A stretch of 64,000 nt of DNA from Octopus sinensis (lineage: Eukaryota): positions 2,914,001 through 2,978,000 of the forward strand of contig NC_043012.1 in assembly GCF_006345805.1 (NCBI RefSeq), written 5' to 3'. Of the stretch, positions 62,571 to 64,000 are shown piece after piece; positions within the stretch are counted from its first letter, which is position 1, and each line of letters begins with the position of its first letter. The translations under genes were made by a program, and so were the position numbers. The notes under the pieces were generated by a model that searched no databases, was not told the origin of the DNA, and worked only from the letters and a program-made list of their open reading frames with translations.

Positions 62571-62871
62571 GATGGTGTTCATGATGGTGGGGATGGCAGT
62601 GGAGGGGGGAACTGGTGATACTTAGAAGCAGTGGTGAGATGGTGGAAGGTGGAGGAGGGAGAGATGATGAGTGTGTGTGTGTGCAAGTGTGATGATAATA
62701 GGGAATGAGAGGAGCGAGCTGTTGAAAATGGTGATAGTGATGACGATGATGATGATGATGACAACGGTGGTGTGAGTGAAGCTGAGAGTGGTGGTTGGGG
62801 TGGGGGTGATTTTTGTGTTTTTTTTTGTTCTTTTTCTTTATATACAGAAATCCTTACTAAAACCAAATTAA

Positions 62872-62906
<35 letters not shown>

Positions 62907-63330
62907 GTAGAAGTGGTGGTGGTAGTAATAGTTGAAGTATTATCTTCATTATTGTGGTGGTGGTGGTAGTAGTAGTAGTAGTAGTTTTGTGTTGTTGCTC
63001 CCTTGTTAATCAATATAGAAAAATGAAAGGGAAGGAGAGAGAGAGAGAGAGAGAAAGACAAAGAAAGAAAGAGGAAAGAAGAGAAAGAAAAACGAGGGTG
63101 CTTCGGGGTGGTGAGGAGGTTACACAAATAGAAGTTATTCTAATTAAACTTTACTAATTCCCTGTTAGCCAATGTTTTGATTTTCCCTCCTTCCTCTTCA
63201 CTCTCCCTCACTGCCCCACCCCGTCGCTCTCTCTCTCTCTCTCTCTCTCCCTCATGCACACCCACAATGTTACTTGCATACACACACATGTGCACAAACA
63301 CGTACACACACACACACCACAAATAGTAAG
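62300..63330. repeat. Dense cluster of (CT)n/(GA)n, (GGT)n, (GAT)n, (ATT)n and (CA)n microsatellites
   Basis: Directly visible; the ORFs here are low-complexity translations. Confidence 0.9.
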
Positions 63331-63806
63331 GGAGTGATGAAAATGTTAGGGTCTTTTTTTTTTTTTGCTTTTTCTTCTCAAAGAAAGGAAAATGGAATAT
63401 CAAATTTTGGTTTCCTAAAAATCTGCCAAAAAGTGTGGTGGATGTTGGCACTAGAAGTGGTGTTGGTGTTGGTGATGGTGGTCTTAGTAGCACTAGTGGT
63501 ACTGGTTGCTTATTGGTACTGATGGTACTGTTAGAGGTCAAGCTGATGGTCCTGCTGATGAGGGTTTATTGTTGGTCATAGCATTGAGGGCAGTAATAGG
63601 TTTAAAACACCATAATCCATGCTTTTAAGTAACTTGAGAAGTGTTCTTTTTAAAAAAAAGTTGAAACATTCTCTCTGTCTTTTTCACACACTCTCTGTCT
63701 GTCTCTCTCTCTTTCATGCAACTGACCTTGTTTCTAAAATGGGTTGGATGGGTGGGTGTCTGTATACCCATTTTACTCTTTGGGGTTTTGTAAGAACAAT
63801 AAACAT

Positions 63807-63975
63807 AGGCACAAGCATGGCTGTGTGGTAAGAAGCTACTTCCCAACCATATGGTTCCAGGTTCAGTCCCACTGTGTGGCACCTTGGGCAACCGTCTTCT
63901 ACAATAGTCCCGGGCTTACCAAAGCCTTGTGAGTGGATTTGGTAGATGGAAACCGAAGGAAGCCTGTTGTATAGA
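63807..63975 (+). mobile_element. SINE family A 5' half (window ends shortly after)
   Basis: aggcacaagcatggctgtgtggtaag head through ggatttggtagatggaaac. Confidence 0.85.
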
Positions 63976-64000
63976 TATATAAAGATAATAAAAGTAAATG

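Noticed and set aside
63140-63541. 133-aa Pro/Thr-rich minus-strand ORF
   Set aside because: It starts at a non-ATG codon (TTG) and runs through low-complexity and microsatellite sequence; no splice or homology support.

Overview
AT-rich eukaryotic genomic DNA, densely packed with repeats. The SINE families look like those I recall from Octopus (coleoid cephalopod); this is recognition from memory, not a database hit. I found no intact protein-coding gene, rRNA, tRNA gene or CRISPR array, so the window reads as intronic or intergenic. Nearly all ORFs in the track are microsatellite, SINE or LINE translations. Retroelements: three tRNA-like SINE families (A, B, C, my labels), a headless ~200-bp family (D, ~20 copies), many RTE LINE 3' ends (E) plus RTE ORF2 fragments, an R4/Dong-like LINE fragment and a Penelope-like piece. 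DNA elements: two TTAA piggyBac-type MITE families, a deleted piggyBac, hAT MITEs, mariner and Tigger-like derivatives, and one complete non-autonomous Helitron. The most interesting signals are: (1) a near-perfect 126-bp-arm foldback hairpin at 54078-54346; (2) three short duplications copied from donors 0.5-7 kb away, two carrying identical chimeric junctions and one sitting inside a SINE's target-site duplication (TSD), suggesting local templated insertion; (3) serial SINE insertions at one regenerated target site, seen at two loci; (4) a degenerate Penelope-type hammerhead ribozyme motif at 38688-38714; (5) a few candidate minus-strand exons, the best at 34673-34751. Boundaries of old repeat copies are approximate.
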